64,000 nt of DNA from Eutreptiella sp. 'Long Island Sound 2002' (GCA_964036045.1 OZ038378.1:125860001-125924000); one strand, 5' to 3'. Positions 1 through 13,559 are shown, numbered from the stretch's first letter. The notes: a model not told the origin generated them from the sequence alone. Translations and numbers: made by a program.

Positions 1-749
1 AGTCCACTCGAACATGCTCCGCAGGGCAATACAGCGTTGACAGACTTTCAGTTGGGGGGGAGAGGAGATAGAGCTCCGTCGCCAGGCGCTCCAGCCCCTC
101 AAAAGACCGGTTCCACAACCCCGACTGAATTCCCCGGAACCCCAGCGTGCGAAAAAAAGGGTAAATGATATAGCTGGAGTCAGCAGGACCAAGACAAACC
201 CCTCGGTTGTGTGGGAATGACTGAAAACTGTGGTACTTTTCCTCTCTCCAAAAAGTGTTTCTGGTGCCAGTGCATCGTGGCTGAAACATTGCCCATTCAA
301 CCACTGGTGCCCCGCTCCCGTGTCTAGTGACGATGTTGCGGGCATATTGATTGTCGCAAAAGCGACAGCACAGGCACATGAGTAGCTGCAAGAAAATGAT
401 CGGCTTGTCGGTGGGGGAATGATGTGTCCGCACTCCGGTCCGCAAACCATGTGTTTTTGTTTGCAGTGTGCATCCTCGCTTCCCCTGGGGTGCTGGGGAG
501 ACCATATGGTATGGGGATCCGTTGGTCGCAGCTTGCTGCAACACGCTATGTGACCCAGGGGCCTCACTCTGGAAGAATTGGATTCTCTCTGCAATTCAGT
601 GAATAGAGCACAAAAAATTTGGTGGTGTCCCACAAACGCTGGGTGAGTACAACGTCACACAACCCGGTGTCTGTACCATGTCTCTTGTGTGGCTTGCTCG
701 GTGATGGAGGTCTTTTCTGGGAGGGCGATGAAAGGCACGCATGCATGTA

Positions 750-1046
750 CCGGGGGGGGGGGGTGCAACGGGATTTATTGGTATGACAAAATTTTCAACA
801 CGGGTTTATTTTGCATGCAGTCCCCTTTCTGCTATGGGAAATTTCGCATCCACATGCTGTGAACCTGGCTTTGGCAAGGCTAGACTTGGAAAATGTAACT
901 GTAGGACAAGCAATTTCGCCAAATTTCGACATACGTTTATTTGGCACAGCGGCCTGAAAATTGTGTGGGAAATTTCGCATGAAACTGAAATGTGAAATAT
1001 CCCACAGCGAAGACTTCCCCGTCGCGAAATCACCCCCCCCCCCTGG
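750..1046. mobile_element. ~297-bp MITE with TA target-site duplication (Tc1/mariner-type ends)
   Basis: Left end TA|CCGGGGGGGGGGGGGTG (TA at 748-749) and right end CACCCCCCCCCCCTGG|TA (TA at 1047-1048) are inverted repeats. The interior is AT-richer and non-coding (aaatttcgca motifs). Confidence 0.55.
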
Positions 1047-2032
1047 TACGGGCTCATGTACACGACAGTGACGACCGCAAAAGTTGCCTTGCCGAGAACA
1101 TATTGGTGGTGTGTACGGCAAGGATCTGTGGATGCCTGCCCATCAAAAGGGGCTGGCGATTGCCAACACGCGTCAATTGCATAGGCAACGGCCACCCGCG
1201 ATCGCCCTCACACGCATACAATGGCCGGTGTACGCCCAACCAACCACCTCGGAGGTACACTGCATCGCAACACGCGGCCAGGCACACACTTGTCAGGGAT
1301 CACATGCGTATTGCGGCGGGCCATCCTCCGGATTGCTGGCGCCGCGCTTCTGGCGAATGCACTGTGAGGCAGGAGCTTTGAATGCAGGAACTCACACAGC
1401 TCTTGCATCCGCAGTTTGCCCTTGGTCTGTGGACAGACGCATGGGGCATGGCAGTGGGAGCGGAGGGGGTGAATGGTTTGGATAGAACCAGCTGATGCCC
1501 AAATGCGGCGGGGGGGCATTTGCATTCGGAGGGGCCTGGGCCAATGCTCCCGGTCCGCAATACAGAGGGGGTGGAGGTGCCCTACGGGTTGTGGGGGTGT
1601 TGTCTTGGACAAGCCGTGGCTCACGCACGGCTCAAGGAGAGACATCTGCATGCAAAGCGACATCCAAAAACGGGAACCAGCGCCATACGGACCTCTTGGC
1701 CCGTGGAAATGGTGCAGGCGACCACAAAACACTGGCAGTTCACTTGCCTTTCGAACCACATAATGTCAGAATTGCACCAAAAAAAACACAAGGGGGGCCA
1801 TCGATTCGGTACAGGTACCAACAATATACGGCCCGGGCGGGTCGTGGCTCAGAAACGGCATAGTGTGGAGAGGGGCCAGGGGGGAGGGGGGGATGCAGAC
1901 CTGGGGCGACCATCACGGCGCAATGTGTCTGCATTCGCGGCCATTTGGACATGGTATCTCGCGACACACGTCCACGGCACAAATACCCCACGAGATTCTC
2001 CGCCAGCCAAATTGCCAGACATGGCAGTCAAA

Positions 2033-2449
2033 TGAAATGGGAGGCTGAGAGGCACGTGCTTAGAAACAGTTGTGGCGTGGCCAGCGTCTAGGCTGGCACG
2101 ATCGTTTCTCGGCCCCAGGAGACACGTCACACGGCACCAGAAATGCCCCGTACACCAGGGTTTCCCACTGATTCGGAATAAAAAAAAATTTGATTCGGAA
2201 ATATGCAGAAATATTCGGAAATATTCGGATTGTTAAAAAACACACTTTTGCTCTTTGTAAATGCCCGTGGATGTACTCTGGATGTTTGCTGCGCATACCA
2301 CAGGTCTCATACTCCCAATTTAATTGAAATGGGAGACTGAGAGGCACGCGCTCAGAAACAGTTCTGGCGTGGCCAGCATCTAGGCTGGCATGATGGTTTC
2401 TCAGTCCAAGGAGGCACGTCGAATGGCACCAGAAATGCCCCGTACACGC
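2033..2449 (+). repeat. Pair of ~120-bp direct repeats (2033-2155 and ~2328-2449)
   Basis: Both read aaatggga..ctgagaggcacg..ct.agaaacagtt.tggcgtggccagc.tctaggctggca..at.gtttctc...ggcaccagaaatgccccgtacac. Offset ~295 bp. Confidence 0.8.
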
Positions 2450-3159
2450 GCCAAAACGGGGACAATGTGACGGTTCGAAGATGAAAAGCCCCAGAAACAC
2501 CGACGAAACGTCGCACTGCAGTCAGCGGGGCCCTAGGCCCATACAAATACAGCACACCACGTGTGTAGGGCATTGTCAGGTGCGTGTCGAGAGCGTGTCG
2601 ATAGCGTGTCTGGGGTACATCGGGGGTATGTCGGGGGTACCTCGTCCCCCATGTGACACACGGTGCACACTGTCGGGGGCCGCGTCCCCGCGTCCAGGGC
2701 CCCACCTGTGTGGCCTTGCACGGACCTTTGCCTTGTCAAACCATGTCTCCTCTGCCGTGGGCATGCACATCTTGTCCTCGCAGAAGGTGCGGAACTCTGG
2801 GTACGTCATGCCAGGCCCATGGTCATCTTTGGAGGTCAACTGGCTTCCTATGGGCAGTGGGAGGGGCACAGGACACGTCACGTTTGGGGCACCACATCCG
2901 CCCAACTCCTATCCCCGTGGTTGTCGCATCTCCATCCTGGTCCATGAGCTCGCTGCCATAAACCGCACATGTACCTCGGCGTACATTTTGGCTCGACGTA
3001 CATTTTGGCCTGGCGAACATTTTGGCTCGGCGTACGGCAGACTGCGTCAACCTTGTATCGCCGGCCGGGTGTGCAGACGTACATCCGGCTGGCCAAATCA
3101 GCTGTCCAAATGTGCGGCTTAATCCATCAACCCCCCCAAAAGTGACCATAGCCCCTCAA

Positions 3160-3206
3160 CCGCATGCAAACCCTAACCACAACCATAACCCCAAACCGAA
3201 CCCTAA
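3160..3206 (+). repeat. Short degenerate CCCTAA-like (telomere-like) tract
   Basis: aaaccctaaccacaaccataaccccaaaccgaaccctaa, followed by taatcaagactgaa, which recurs at ~7990. Confidence 0.45.
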
Positions 3207-3399
3207 TCAAGACTGAACATTGGGACCGAGCTGCTGCGAAAGCAAGGCATGCATGTAATAGTCTGTAGTGGAACAACTTTGGGACATGATGCATGGTTGA
3301 TAGTGGCAGCGGGGTGCGGGTTCACCTGCACCTGTGTTCTTTGAGGGAGGATAGAAAGGTTGAGACTTCTTGGTTTAGAACCTGATAGCGATGAAGTGG

Positions 3400-4450
3400 A
3401 TAGCAACACTGAATACTAAGGATACTAAGGATGGTGGTAGTGGATGAGATTGCGGTGAACCGAAACCAAATATTGACGCACAAAAACAATGAATGCAGGA
3501 AGGCTTAGTAACACATCCTCTAGCAAATGCATGAGGAGGGTTAAAAGTCATGGTGGTAGCTGCTTTGCACTTTTTATGGTGTATTGCGCCAACAGTTTTT
3601 TGAAACATGCTCGTCCTCCCTCATCATTGCTTTTGAAAGCCTGCAAGGAGATACTCAAGCGGGGCCGGTTTTGGAAGACTATGCCTTTTTGATGCATTAA
3701 AAGCATAGATTTCACAATGACAAAGATAGATGGTTAAGTTGTCCCATCTAAAGGGGAGGAGGTCACCAAAGTGAATAAGGAAAGAGTGCTTCGCCATTCC
3801 CGGATGGAGTAGTTGATTGGGCCCTCCGGTAGGGAAGACATGGATTCCCTCATTGCATTGCCACTTTGGCAAGGTGCTATGTGCAAGCATAGCGGCAAAG
3901 ATGGGAAGGGATAACACTTGCCAACCAAAGCAGGATGTGTAGTAGGGCAATAGAACAGTGATCAATAAATGTATGATGTGTATCAATCCATTGATCAGTA
4001 GGAGTCTTAGCAAATAGTGCTTGTTGGTTGGGAAAAATATTCGCAAATTGGCACAAATGACAAATGTTTAAAGAAACAATTGCTCCACGTTGATAGTGAT
4101 GATTGCCACAAGCATATGGGGTTTGGTAAGCTACAAACAAACTTGGATAAAGAGAAAGCAAAATATGTGGATAGGAAGCAGCACAGAACGCACAGTAGAT
4201 TGCATAAGAAGAGGTGTGATCATGTGGTTTGTTCCTTGGCGAAGAACTTTTCTTGTAGGCGTTCGAATGTCACTAAGAAGCTCAATCTCCGCGATGGTGA
4301 GTTTGCGAATTTCCACCTGAGGAAAATCGTGCTGATTGAGGGTTAATGCGAGGCACTGCTCATCCGACACATCTTGAACCACGAAAGGAACGATATTGAT
4401 GTGCACAATTGTGGCATCAAGAAGTATGAGCTTGCCAAATTTATTGACTA
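3400..4450 (-). pseudogene. Degenerate non-LTR (LINE) reverse transcriptase fragment
   Basis: Broken minus-strand frames give GAIVSL..FANIFP (IVxLxK..NYRPI-like), REWRSTLSLFTL (GFRxxRST-like) and IYAFNASKRHSLPKPAPLEYL (DxSKAFDS-like). Many stops and frameshifts. Confidence 0.45.
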
Positions 4451-5410
4451 GAGGAGATTGAAATGGAGTCCCCAGCCCAGCCGCGAGACTGTGCGATGAC
4501 GCTGTGTGACTGGGGCCGGTTGGCCTTAGTAGGTGCTCCGGGGCGTCATCTCCTCTCGTCTTCACTGGGGAAGGGGAGGGGGTTGTAGGCTGGTAGCCCT
4601 GGTGGCGGTCGGGGGAGGGTGCCCACGCGTGGCCGCAGCTGGCTTTTTCCAGCGACCTGTGAAGAGTGTAGCCTTTTTCGAGCGACCTGTGAAGAGTGTA
4701 GCGGGCACCCGGGGGGGGGGGGGGTTGTTTGGGGTTTTGGGGCGCGGTGCGTGAGTGCACGACGGGGTCATGGACCGCATGGTAGTGTATCAAGCGGTAC
4801 AGATACTCCTTGGCGGTGGGGCGCAGAGCACGTTCGTAATGTGTCAAGAGGTGGCGTTCAAATGTGTCATCTATGCCGCTACCCGTCGCACTGCCTCCAA
4901 CTGCAGGTGTGCTAATGCCTTCATGGGGTCTTCTGCATAGCGGCCCAAGTGTTTGCACGGGGTCATCGTAACGCCCCCCCCCCCCACTCTTGGTGGCCTC
5001 AAGTCCCTAGGGGTTGGGGAAGAGGTTTTGGGATCCCTTGTGTTCCACCCCACCGTTTGGCCAGCCCTCGTCTCACCGGAGGGTGTCTTTTAGGCCCCAG
5101 GCGACCAGGGTGTCTATCCCTGCATAGTTGGGGCAGTGTTTGAAGTGCTCCCAAGCCTCTAGGGTGGTGTGGTTGCATGTGTAGTGTGTGTGTTCGTCCA
5201 GGATGTCTATGTGTTCCCGAGCTAGCCACCAAGTGACCTATGTGAGGAGCGGGATTTGTTCCCAGTGGAGTTGTATGCTTTTTTCCGGAGATGTGCTGGT
5301 ATGTCGGCCGAGTGGCGTGCTGAGTTGTACAAGGGGCGTGCCGAGGCTGTTTTCCATTTCTTGGATGTGTGCTCTGCTATCAGCGTCTCCCAGCACCTGG
5401 GCCAAGTGTT

Positions 5411-6526
5411 CAGGCTTGGGAAGTATCCATATCCGGAGTATCCCAGTATCCAGCAGGCCAGGGAAAAATGGGATAAATGGGATAAATGGGAAAAATGAGG
5501 GAAAATGAGGGGAAATCAGGGAAAATGGGGGGAAATGAGGAAAATGAGGGAAATTAGGGGAAAATGAGGGGAAATGAGAAGCTTGTCCACACTTGATGGT
5601 TGTTGCACCTTTTTGAACCACTTTGCATCACCTTTGCAGAGGTGTTGCCAATGCTTGTAGTTGTTTACAACAATGTAGTGACCTCCTTGACAACTCTGGT
5701 AACCCCTGATGTTGCATCCGAAGCATTAGTAGGAAACACGTGCAAACACAAAGGGGGATCATTGGCTCACATGATATTGTCGTGTGCAATGTGCACATGT
5801 CTACGGCAGTGGAACTACACCATTAAAGCGGAAGGAAACATAGGCCTTGTGTGTTCCTTCTTTCATACTCTGTTGCTTCTTAGAACGAACGTGTTTCCAA
5901 ACGGAAAACGATCGCTCCACATCGCAAGAGGTGTGGCGAATTGCCAAAATGGACCGGGCAATCGGGTACATAGTGGGTAGGCGGGCCCCACTGTACTTGG
6001 CACTCAAATGCATCCCCAAAGAAGAAGCCTTTTTCCACTGGCCTTTCAATTTCTTGGATGACTGGGCATCCGAGAGCCAACCACGATTCACAACGTCTCG
6101 CTTGGCCATGAATAATTTACCCTCACGAAGCCAAAAGGCCTGAGGGTCCATTTTATGTGACTTGGCTAAGCAAGAGATTGAGAAGGAAAAAGTAACAAAC
6201 AACAATAGCAACAAACACCAACATATGACACCAACACAACAATGTATTCCAAGTGGTCTAGAGGTACCCGAGTCACAGAAAATGCCGCTTCCCACTACAA
6301 CATCAAACAAAATTTGGTGACCATGATGGAATAAACCTTATGGAACAATGGGGGAAAATGGGATACATTTTGGTTCATCCGCATTGTCCCCATTTTTCTT
6401 GGGAGTCACCAATTTCCGTAGAGGAACGTTAAGAAAAAAAAGTTAGTAACCAAATATCCGGTGGAAAAATGGGGGGGAAATGAGGTATCCGGAGGTATCC
6501 GGAAAATTGAATACTTCCTAGGCTTG
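5411..6526 (-). mobile_element. Internally deleted hAT DNA transposon (~1.1 kb) with TIRs and apparent 6-bp TSD
   Basis: TIRs are CAGGCTTGGGAAGTAT (5411) and revcomp CAAGCCTAGGAAGTAT (ends 6526). AGTGTT lies at 5405-5410 and 6527-6532. Subterminal GGAAAATGAGG and GTATCCGG repeats are present. Confidence 0.8.
5801..6130 (-). pseudogene. hAT transposase C-terminal dimerisation domain remnant
   Basis: PTMYPIARSILAIRHTSCDVERSFSVWKHVRSKKQQSM matches the hATC consensus P.L...A...L.I..SS...ERxFS. Confidence 0.8.
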
Positions 6527-9500
6527 AGTGTTGGATGGGGTTTGGATAGTGGTATGCCTGGTGTCGGCCTGCGCCCAGAGTTCCCCTGTTGGAGGATGCC
6601 ATGTATGCGATGTGGCCGGAGTGATTGAGCAAGCGTTGTTGGGCACCGTGGATCAGCTGTAGGGTAGCACCTCCTATGAGCGGCCTGAGGGCGGATTCTC
6701 CGGAGCCATCGGTAAGTGTAAATGGAGGTCTGTGTGCAAGCGGGCTGTCGGTACCGTGGGATGGATGATAGAGATGGTGCGCATGCCTATCCCCTGTGTT
6801 ATGATGTGTCTCACTTGAAGGCTGAGGGTGCTCCTTCCTTCTTTACAATATTTTGGTACATAGTGTTACCGTAATACACGCTACTTTGCAACGGGGATGT
6901 GGTACAAATGAAACATGGCTGCTTGCCCAATGAAGAAGCACTTAGGGCAAACGCGGACATCTTAGTCAACGTGTGATGTCGAGCATGGATAATTGTTTCA
7001 ACTTTGGAAAGTAGCCAAAAAAGGGGGGGGGCACAAATAAATTGGTATCCTTAGAAGGTATTGATTGGAGCAAACATTGATGGGATCGCGTTGAAGCGGA
7101 AGCCACTTGCCAACACAAAAAAGGGTAGCCAAAAAGCAATAGGGGGGAGGGAGGTAGTTCAAGGGGTTTTCAACTCTGACATTGTCAAATGTGGGTCAAA
7201 GATGGCTCAACATAGCCTTAAACCCCTTGTTTGAGCACCCCGAATGGTCGAGGAACAATTTTGAAATCATTGCACACCTTTCTTGGACTCACAGGTGACC
7301 CCTATAACGCTACCCTAGCACGTGCCCCGTGAGCACCCAACCACTGTGCGGTGCCAAATTGAGGCCTTGAAAGGTGATGATAGCGCGGAAATAGCTCGCA
7401 GGTGATGCCGTTCATCATTTTTGATCACTAGAAGGGTGCCCAATGCATTCCAAGGCGATGAAACACAGCACACCCAGATGGAGTGAGAGAAGGCACGCAA
7501 AAAGGAAGCTTTGCAAGGCTAATGTTGGCGTATTTGGGCACAACAACAGGTCATTGAGGCGACCAATCGGGTGCAAAAAGCATGAGATGATGATCAAAAC
7601 TCTCTCTTCATCACATAGATTGGTTCCAATGCAAATGGACCCCTCCAAGGACATCCCACGCAACCGAACTGCCCGAGAAAAGGGGCATTTTTGGCCATGT
7701 TTGACAGATTGTGAAAACTACGTCCGCCACTTGCAATAGCCCCTCATGGCCCCCACCGCTGAGCTCCTTGCTCAAACTTTGTATGATTGTCCTTAACACC
7801 CATAGATATCAAACATATCCGAAATATCAGCTCACATTCAAGCACCATGACGGAGTTGCAACTTTTGCCCATTTCACACGTGCTTGCTGCCGCTTGTTGC
7901 TTGCTGCTTGCTGCTGCTAAATCCTATAGGTCCACCCTAGACACTAAAGAGCGTTACAAGACCAAGATTGGTTCCACCAGCTGAGTGACTAATCAAGACT
8001 GAATATCGGGACAGAGCTGGTAGGGAAGTGGGGTATGCATGCATGCAATGGCCGAAAGAGCACAAAAATTGGTCCATGCTAAACCGTTTGAGTGTGGTTT
8101 AACCATGGTAGTGAAATGCACAATCATTGGAAGTTTGAGGCTTTGGAGTTGGGTTGCGATGAAGTGGAAAGGCACACCGAATGCTATGGATACTACAAAT
8201 TTGGAGAGCGATAAAGATTAGGGGTATTTCATGGAATCACGGTGAAGTGAAAGCCAAAGACCCAAATGTTGATAAAAAAAATGGGCAAAACCACGGACAC
8301 ACAAGCCCCCCTACCACATTGTGCCATGCAAAAGAGGCAAAAACATTTTGTGTAACCCGCAAAAGACTACTTGTGGTCCACCCCTAGCGTAAAAACAATG
8401 AACTTTTTCGTCCTGTTTCGACCCATTTCTTGACCCACTTGTGGTCCCAAAATGGCACAATTTAAACGCTCTTTCCGACTTGAAAGGGGCCAAAATTGCT
8501 CCGCATGGGCTCAAAATAGGCTAATTTCACTTGTTTGGGCAATCCGAATGGTCCAAGATTCTTTTTTGGGGGAAAACACACCCTCCCTCACCATCACATA
8601 CTGATCCAGCACAGCATCTGCTTGACCCTCCCGGGGTTGGAGCACTCGGCCGCCAAGTCCTTGTAGTGGGAAAAGGTGCTGACGATCGACCCCAACACCA
8701 TGTACTCAAATAAATCCAAGCTTCCGTCCTACACACAACGGCGTGGATACTGCAGCCGCCTTCAGGTGCTGGGACATGCCATTGGGGACAGGAGAGGGGT
8801 GCTCCATAAAGGCTGGATACCAAGTAGTGTCACAGGTGTCCAGTGGCATGTCATTTGCGGTATCTGCTTCAGTCCAGGTCATTTGTGTCTCTCAGGAGTG
8901 GGGAAATTCAAGCGCAGTTTGTGGGTCAGGGTGGATTGTCTGTCCCGTTGGCCACCTGTGTATGACAGAGATGGAGGTCTGCCTGGCCCATTTGCTAGGA
9001 ACGTGCTAAGAAACATTGCATGCACCCGGGGCATGCACCTTATCCACTGGGCATCTGAAGGATTTCCCACTATTTGATTCGCAGCTCCCCCCCCAAAAAA
9101 ATATTGCACCTTTGCAGGTTGCCAAAATTGCACCCTCTCCAGACCGGCGCTGACAATTGCACGGCACTTTAGCAATGCCACACTGCTGCAACACAATGCC
9201 CCAGCCCTACCACACACCCGATCAGTGTCCACTGCCGAAAACATGCTCCGAATGAGTTGGATGACTGCATCACGCTGCATTTTGTTGCCGCGGCCGCCGG
9301 GGGCGACAACGTGCGCCCTCAAGCCCCGGCCATAGCAAGTCTGACACACGTCAAACCTGCAGCAGCAGAAGGATCACTGGGCAGGCCTACTGCCGTTGAG
9401 GACTCCACAAATCCACCAATCAAATCCGATGCACCCCCAAACTGCCCCCACACACAGGCAGGCCATGGCTCAGGGACCCCTGAGGACGCTTGGTTGGGTA

Positions 9501-11199
9501 CCATACAGCAGAAGCGATGTCCAGTGCCGTGTCTTGTGCATCACCTGCTTGTCAGTTGGAGTCAGGGAGTGTGTGTGTCGGAACACTGCACAGGGTGCAC
9601 AAAGTGGGCAAAATATTCAAAATGGGGAATGGGGAGGCTATAACACATGCATTCATTGGATGACGGGTTTCTGAAATGATGCGCCTTTCACAACATCATG
9701 GCACAGCACAAATGAAAAAACTGGTTTCAACTACACTTGTTGGTACTGGAAAATGCTTTTGCCTAAACGATTTAACAATGACAGTATGCCGTGTGATTGA
9801 CAATCTACAATGATGGATTGATTCATTAGTGATCTACAGTGCCATCAAAACGTTTGGAAGCGTGGCAATGTGTCGCGGGATCTCAGCAACGTCACCATGA
9901 GAGCGGTAGGCTCGCAACAGATTCTCTCTGATCAATACAGCGGTTTCTGCTCCATCGCCACATAACACAACATGCCGTACCGCTTCACAGCCCAATACGT
10001 GCGGCGAAGATGCGCCTGTCGGGCCTCTTGCTTGCTAATTGGAAGAACATGTGTCTCAGTTCTTACCCTACTGCCTAACTGCTACAGAGCAAGCGGTGCG
10101 GCATGCGATACATTTCTAGTGTTCTGCAGCTTTGGCCCACTTCATGTTCGCAATGCTCGGAATTGACTCAGACCGGGCTGCCAATTGGGGGACTGCCCGG
10201 CATATTGCATCCCATTTTTCATGCTTCCTAGATTGCCATGAAATGTGGACTGCACAAACCTCGTAAGGGAGGGGGGGGGATTCAATGGTAGGCTGAGCAC
10301 AATGGAGACATGACCCATCAGAAGAACATTTGACATGCACATAGCATTTACAGTGCTTGCGCAGTTCGGTACCCTTAGTGCCACTCAAAGGCTTTGCACG
10401 GCCTTGTCGGCACAAGCAAAACATTAACGGTTCGCTTTTGTCTCTCCCTCCATGGTGAGGAAGCAATGCCATGAACTCCCGGCTTGTTTTGGGAGCATGA
10501 GTTGGTGACCCAACAGAATTGGCCGCGGCAACCACTACAAAATGCAAAAAAAAAACACTTCGACGAAGTTGCCCAGCAATTGGTTGGTAGCGGGTGCAAC
10601 GGCAGCTTGGGGCTTGGGCTTGCTTTGGCGAAGCAGTAGTGGGGCACTTGAGCGAGCATGCAAAGCGATTGCGGGGCTTTGCATTTCTTGGGGCACTCAA
10701 TGTGCATTTGCTACAAAACGGAGGGGGCACCTTCCGACTTCACTTGGCTGAGGGGCGGCGGGACTAGCAAACTCTTGCCACCGGGCTGCCAGGTCATGCT
10801 TGCGCACCCACATTATATGACCAAACTGACACAATAGGGAAGAACTTACGAAATTTACGACCAAGAGTTAACACAAGCAACCACAATTCTAGCTATTGTA
10901 GATATCTACATGTACATCTAATATGCACAGCACTTGGATTTCCCAATCCGGTGGTGAGCTTGTTGTACGCATGCACCACCGCAAGTTTGACGCGTGGCAC
11001 CATGTTGCCACGGACACCAAGTGAGCAATGCTAAAAAAATGGTACTACCTTGAGTTGTTTGCTGCTCACCTCCTTTCTTCTACAACCCAAAAGAATTTAC
11101 GTAATTTAGGGGCTCCTTCATCTTCTCTCCAACAACACCTTCAACCACGGCACCTACTTCCTGCTCTACTCTTGCTGCCTCCCTCTGTCTACCTGTTTT

Positions 11200-13470
11200 T
11201 AGGCCGATTGTCCCAAAAGTTCAAGACGATCACCAATGTGTCAAGCAGGTGTCTCCAATGAGGGCCGATCTCCATCCATAGCAATTGGGCTATGAAGTGG
11301 TTGCAAATGGGTGTTGAATGAGGCGTCTTCCACACCGTAGTGCCACACGGTGGTCCATTTTGAGGTAAAATGAGCCGCTTTTGCGCCGTGTTTCAACACC
11401 ACAACCACCAGCAAGCAGGCGCAAAAAAAAGCCATTGTGGCTCAAAACCGGCGCGAAGCTACCTCAAAACGGCCGCGCAGCAAAAACTCATCACCTACAA
11501 CAAGTTTTGTGCCATTTCAAGCCGTGTAGCCCGTTTTATGGCCGATTTAGTGTCCAAAAAATGGCCGTTTTTCGGTTGTTTTCACGACGGTCGTTCTGAA
11601 AGCTCAGTGCGTCAAGTAGGTGTCTCCAATGAGGGCCGTTGTTGTTCCATAGTGATTGGGATACCAAACGATCGCAAAGGGGTGTGCCAGGGTGCCATGT
11701 GGTGGTCCATTTTGAGGTAAAAATGACATGTTTTTGAGGCATTTTTCGGTGTTATCAACTTAAACATGCAAGACCATCTCCAAGCAAGCCCACGTCCATT
11801 TCCACTGTGTGGGAGACGCTTCTTGCAACACCCCTTTGCGATCATTTCATCGTCCAAACACTGTGGACGAAGAACTGCTCTCATTGGAGACGCCTTCTTG
11901 ACGCACCGGCGATTGTCCTCAACTTTCAGGACAATCGGCTTCAAAACAGCCTGACAATCGTCTTTAAAACAGCCTAACAACGGCCATTTTTGGACAATGT
12001 ACTATGAAATGGGCTAGACGGCTCAAAATGGCACAAAACTTGCTTCAGTTGATGCGCGTTTACTTGGATGCCAGTTTTGAGCAACAATGTCCCCCGAAAA
12101 GATTTTTTACTCGCTTGCTTGCTGTTGTTGCTACTGCTCCCTGCTGCCACTGGAAGGTGAGGCTCACCCTAGACCCTAAGAAGGGTTGTAAAACCTTGAC
12201 GGAGCAGATGCAGCTCAGTAATCAAGACGTACGACTACAACCGAGCTTGGCTTGCCTAATGCCCTAGCACCATGTGGTGGTTCCTTTGAGATGAAAAGAA
12301 GGGTGTTTTTGAGACATTTTTTCGCGATGGTCGTCCTTAACGTGGAAGACCATCTCCAACGCAAGCCGTTCTTTTTCGAATTGGATTTCCTATGCAAGAC
12401 TAGGACCCACCTCGGTGCTAGTCATAAGTCTTGATTGCCAAGGTGGGCTTACCCTAACAAGGTTTTAGAACCCTTCTTGGGGTCCAAGGTGAGTAACACC
12501 CTTTAGCAACAGCAAGAACAACAGCAGAGACCAACACATTTTAGTAGCAGCAACAACAAGTAGAGGAAAAAAAAAACTCTTCTCCGAGACACTGTAGCTC
12601 ACAACCGGCATCAAAATAGCTCCAAATGACCGCCAAGGTGTTGCACATCACGTGCACCAAGTTTTGTGCCATTTCGAGCGTCTTTCCCATTGTACGTCTG
12701 ATTCCGTGTGCCAAAATGGCCGTTTGTGGGCTGTTTCCCAGACGATCGTCCTAAAAGTTCAAGACGGTCCCCGTTGGCGTCTCCAATGAGGGCCGTTCTT
12801 CCTGCATGGTGATGGGACCATTAGATGATTGCAAATGGGTATTCAATAAAGCATCTCGAACACCGTGGTGCCATGCAATGATCAATTTTGTTGTGACAAT
12901 GGGCCGTTTTCTTCTGCCATTTTTCAATCGAGCAAGTAGCAACAAGTCGGTTGACATAAAATTCTTTTTCCGAACACTGTGGCTGAAAAACCATGACTGA
13001 GTAGTTTCAAACGAACGGACAACAAATGCGCATCACCTTACAAACTTTTGAAATTGTGCCACTTTGAGCCGTCTTTCCCGTATTTTTGGCTTATTTAGTG
13101 TCCAAAAACTTTTTGGGCCGGCTTCAACACGATTGTTATGCAATTTGACGACGATCGCAAGTGCGTCAAGCATGCGTCTCTAACGAGGGCCGTTCTTCTT
13201 CCAAAGCAATTAGACCATCAGATGATTGCAAATGGGTGTTCCATAATGTGTGTTCCACACTTGGTGCCATGGGATGGTCCATTTTGTGGCGACAGTGACC
13301 CGTTTTCCCGCCATATTTCAAAAGGACCAATTGGCTGCAAGACCACTCACATTAATTGTTTTTGCGGACACCGTTTATGAAAGCCATTACGAAAGGGGCC
13401 CGGAACAAATAGACAGCAAATGTACATCACGTCCAACAAGTTTTGTGCCATTTTGCGCCATCTAGCACAA
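11200..13470. repeat. Cluster of diverged few-hundred-bp repeat units in both orientations
   Basis: gtctccaatgagggccg occurs at ~11250, 11622 and 12779, with a variant at ~13178. ttgtgccattt, ggtggtccattttg and aaatggccgttt motifs also recur. Confidence 0.7.
11790..12900. repeat. ~1.1-kb imperfect inverted repeat (foldback) with arms ~11790-12250 and ~12430-12900
   Basis: Examples: ctcaccctagaccctaagaagggttgtaaaaccttg (~12165) vs revcomp of caaggttttagaacccttcttggggtccaaggtgag (~12458); aaaatggcacaaaacttg (~12026) vs caagttttgtgccattt (~12657); ctcattggagacgcc (~11879) vs ggcgtctccaatgag (~12776). Confidence 0.75.
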
Positions 13471-13559
13471 TCTATGGTTGGGTTAGTCTTGGGTCAACTT
13501 TTGGCTTCGCCCCCTAAGTGTCCACTTGCGTGCAGGTGAAGGCAATATCTGCTTCTTTT

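Noticed and set aside
3160-3206. True telomere or chromosome end
   Set aside because: Short, degenerate and internal.
8600-9300. KDZ/Zisupton-type transposase (also considered for ~1000-1500)
   Set aside because: Only vague Cys/His and GE-like resemblances, and I could not establish strand or catalytic residues.
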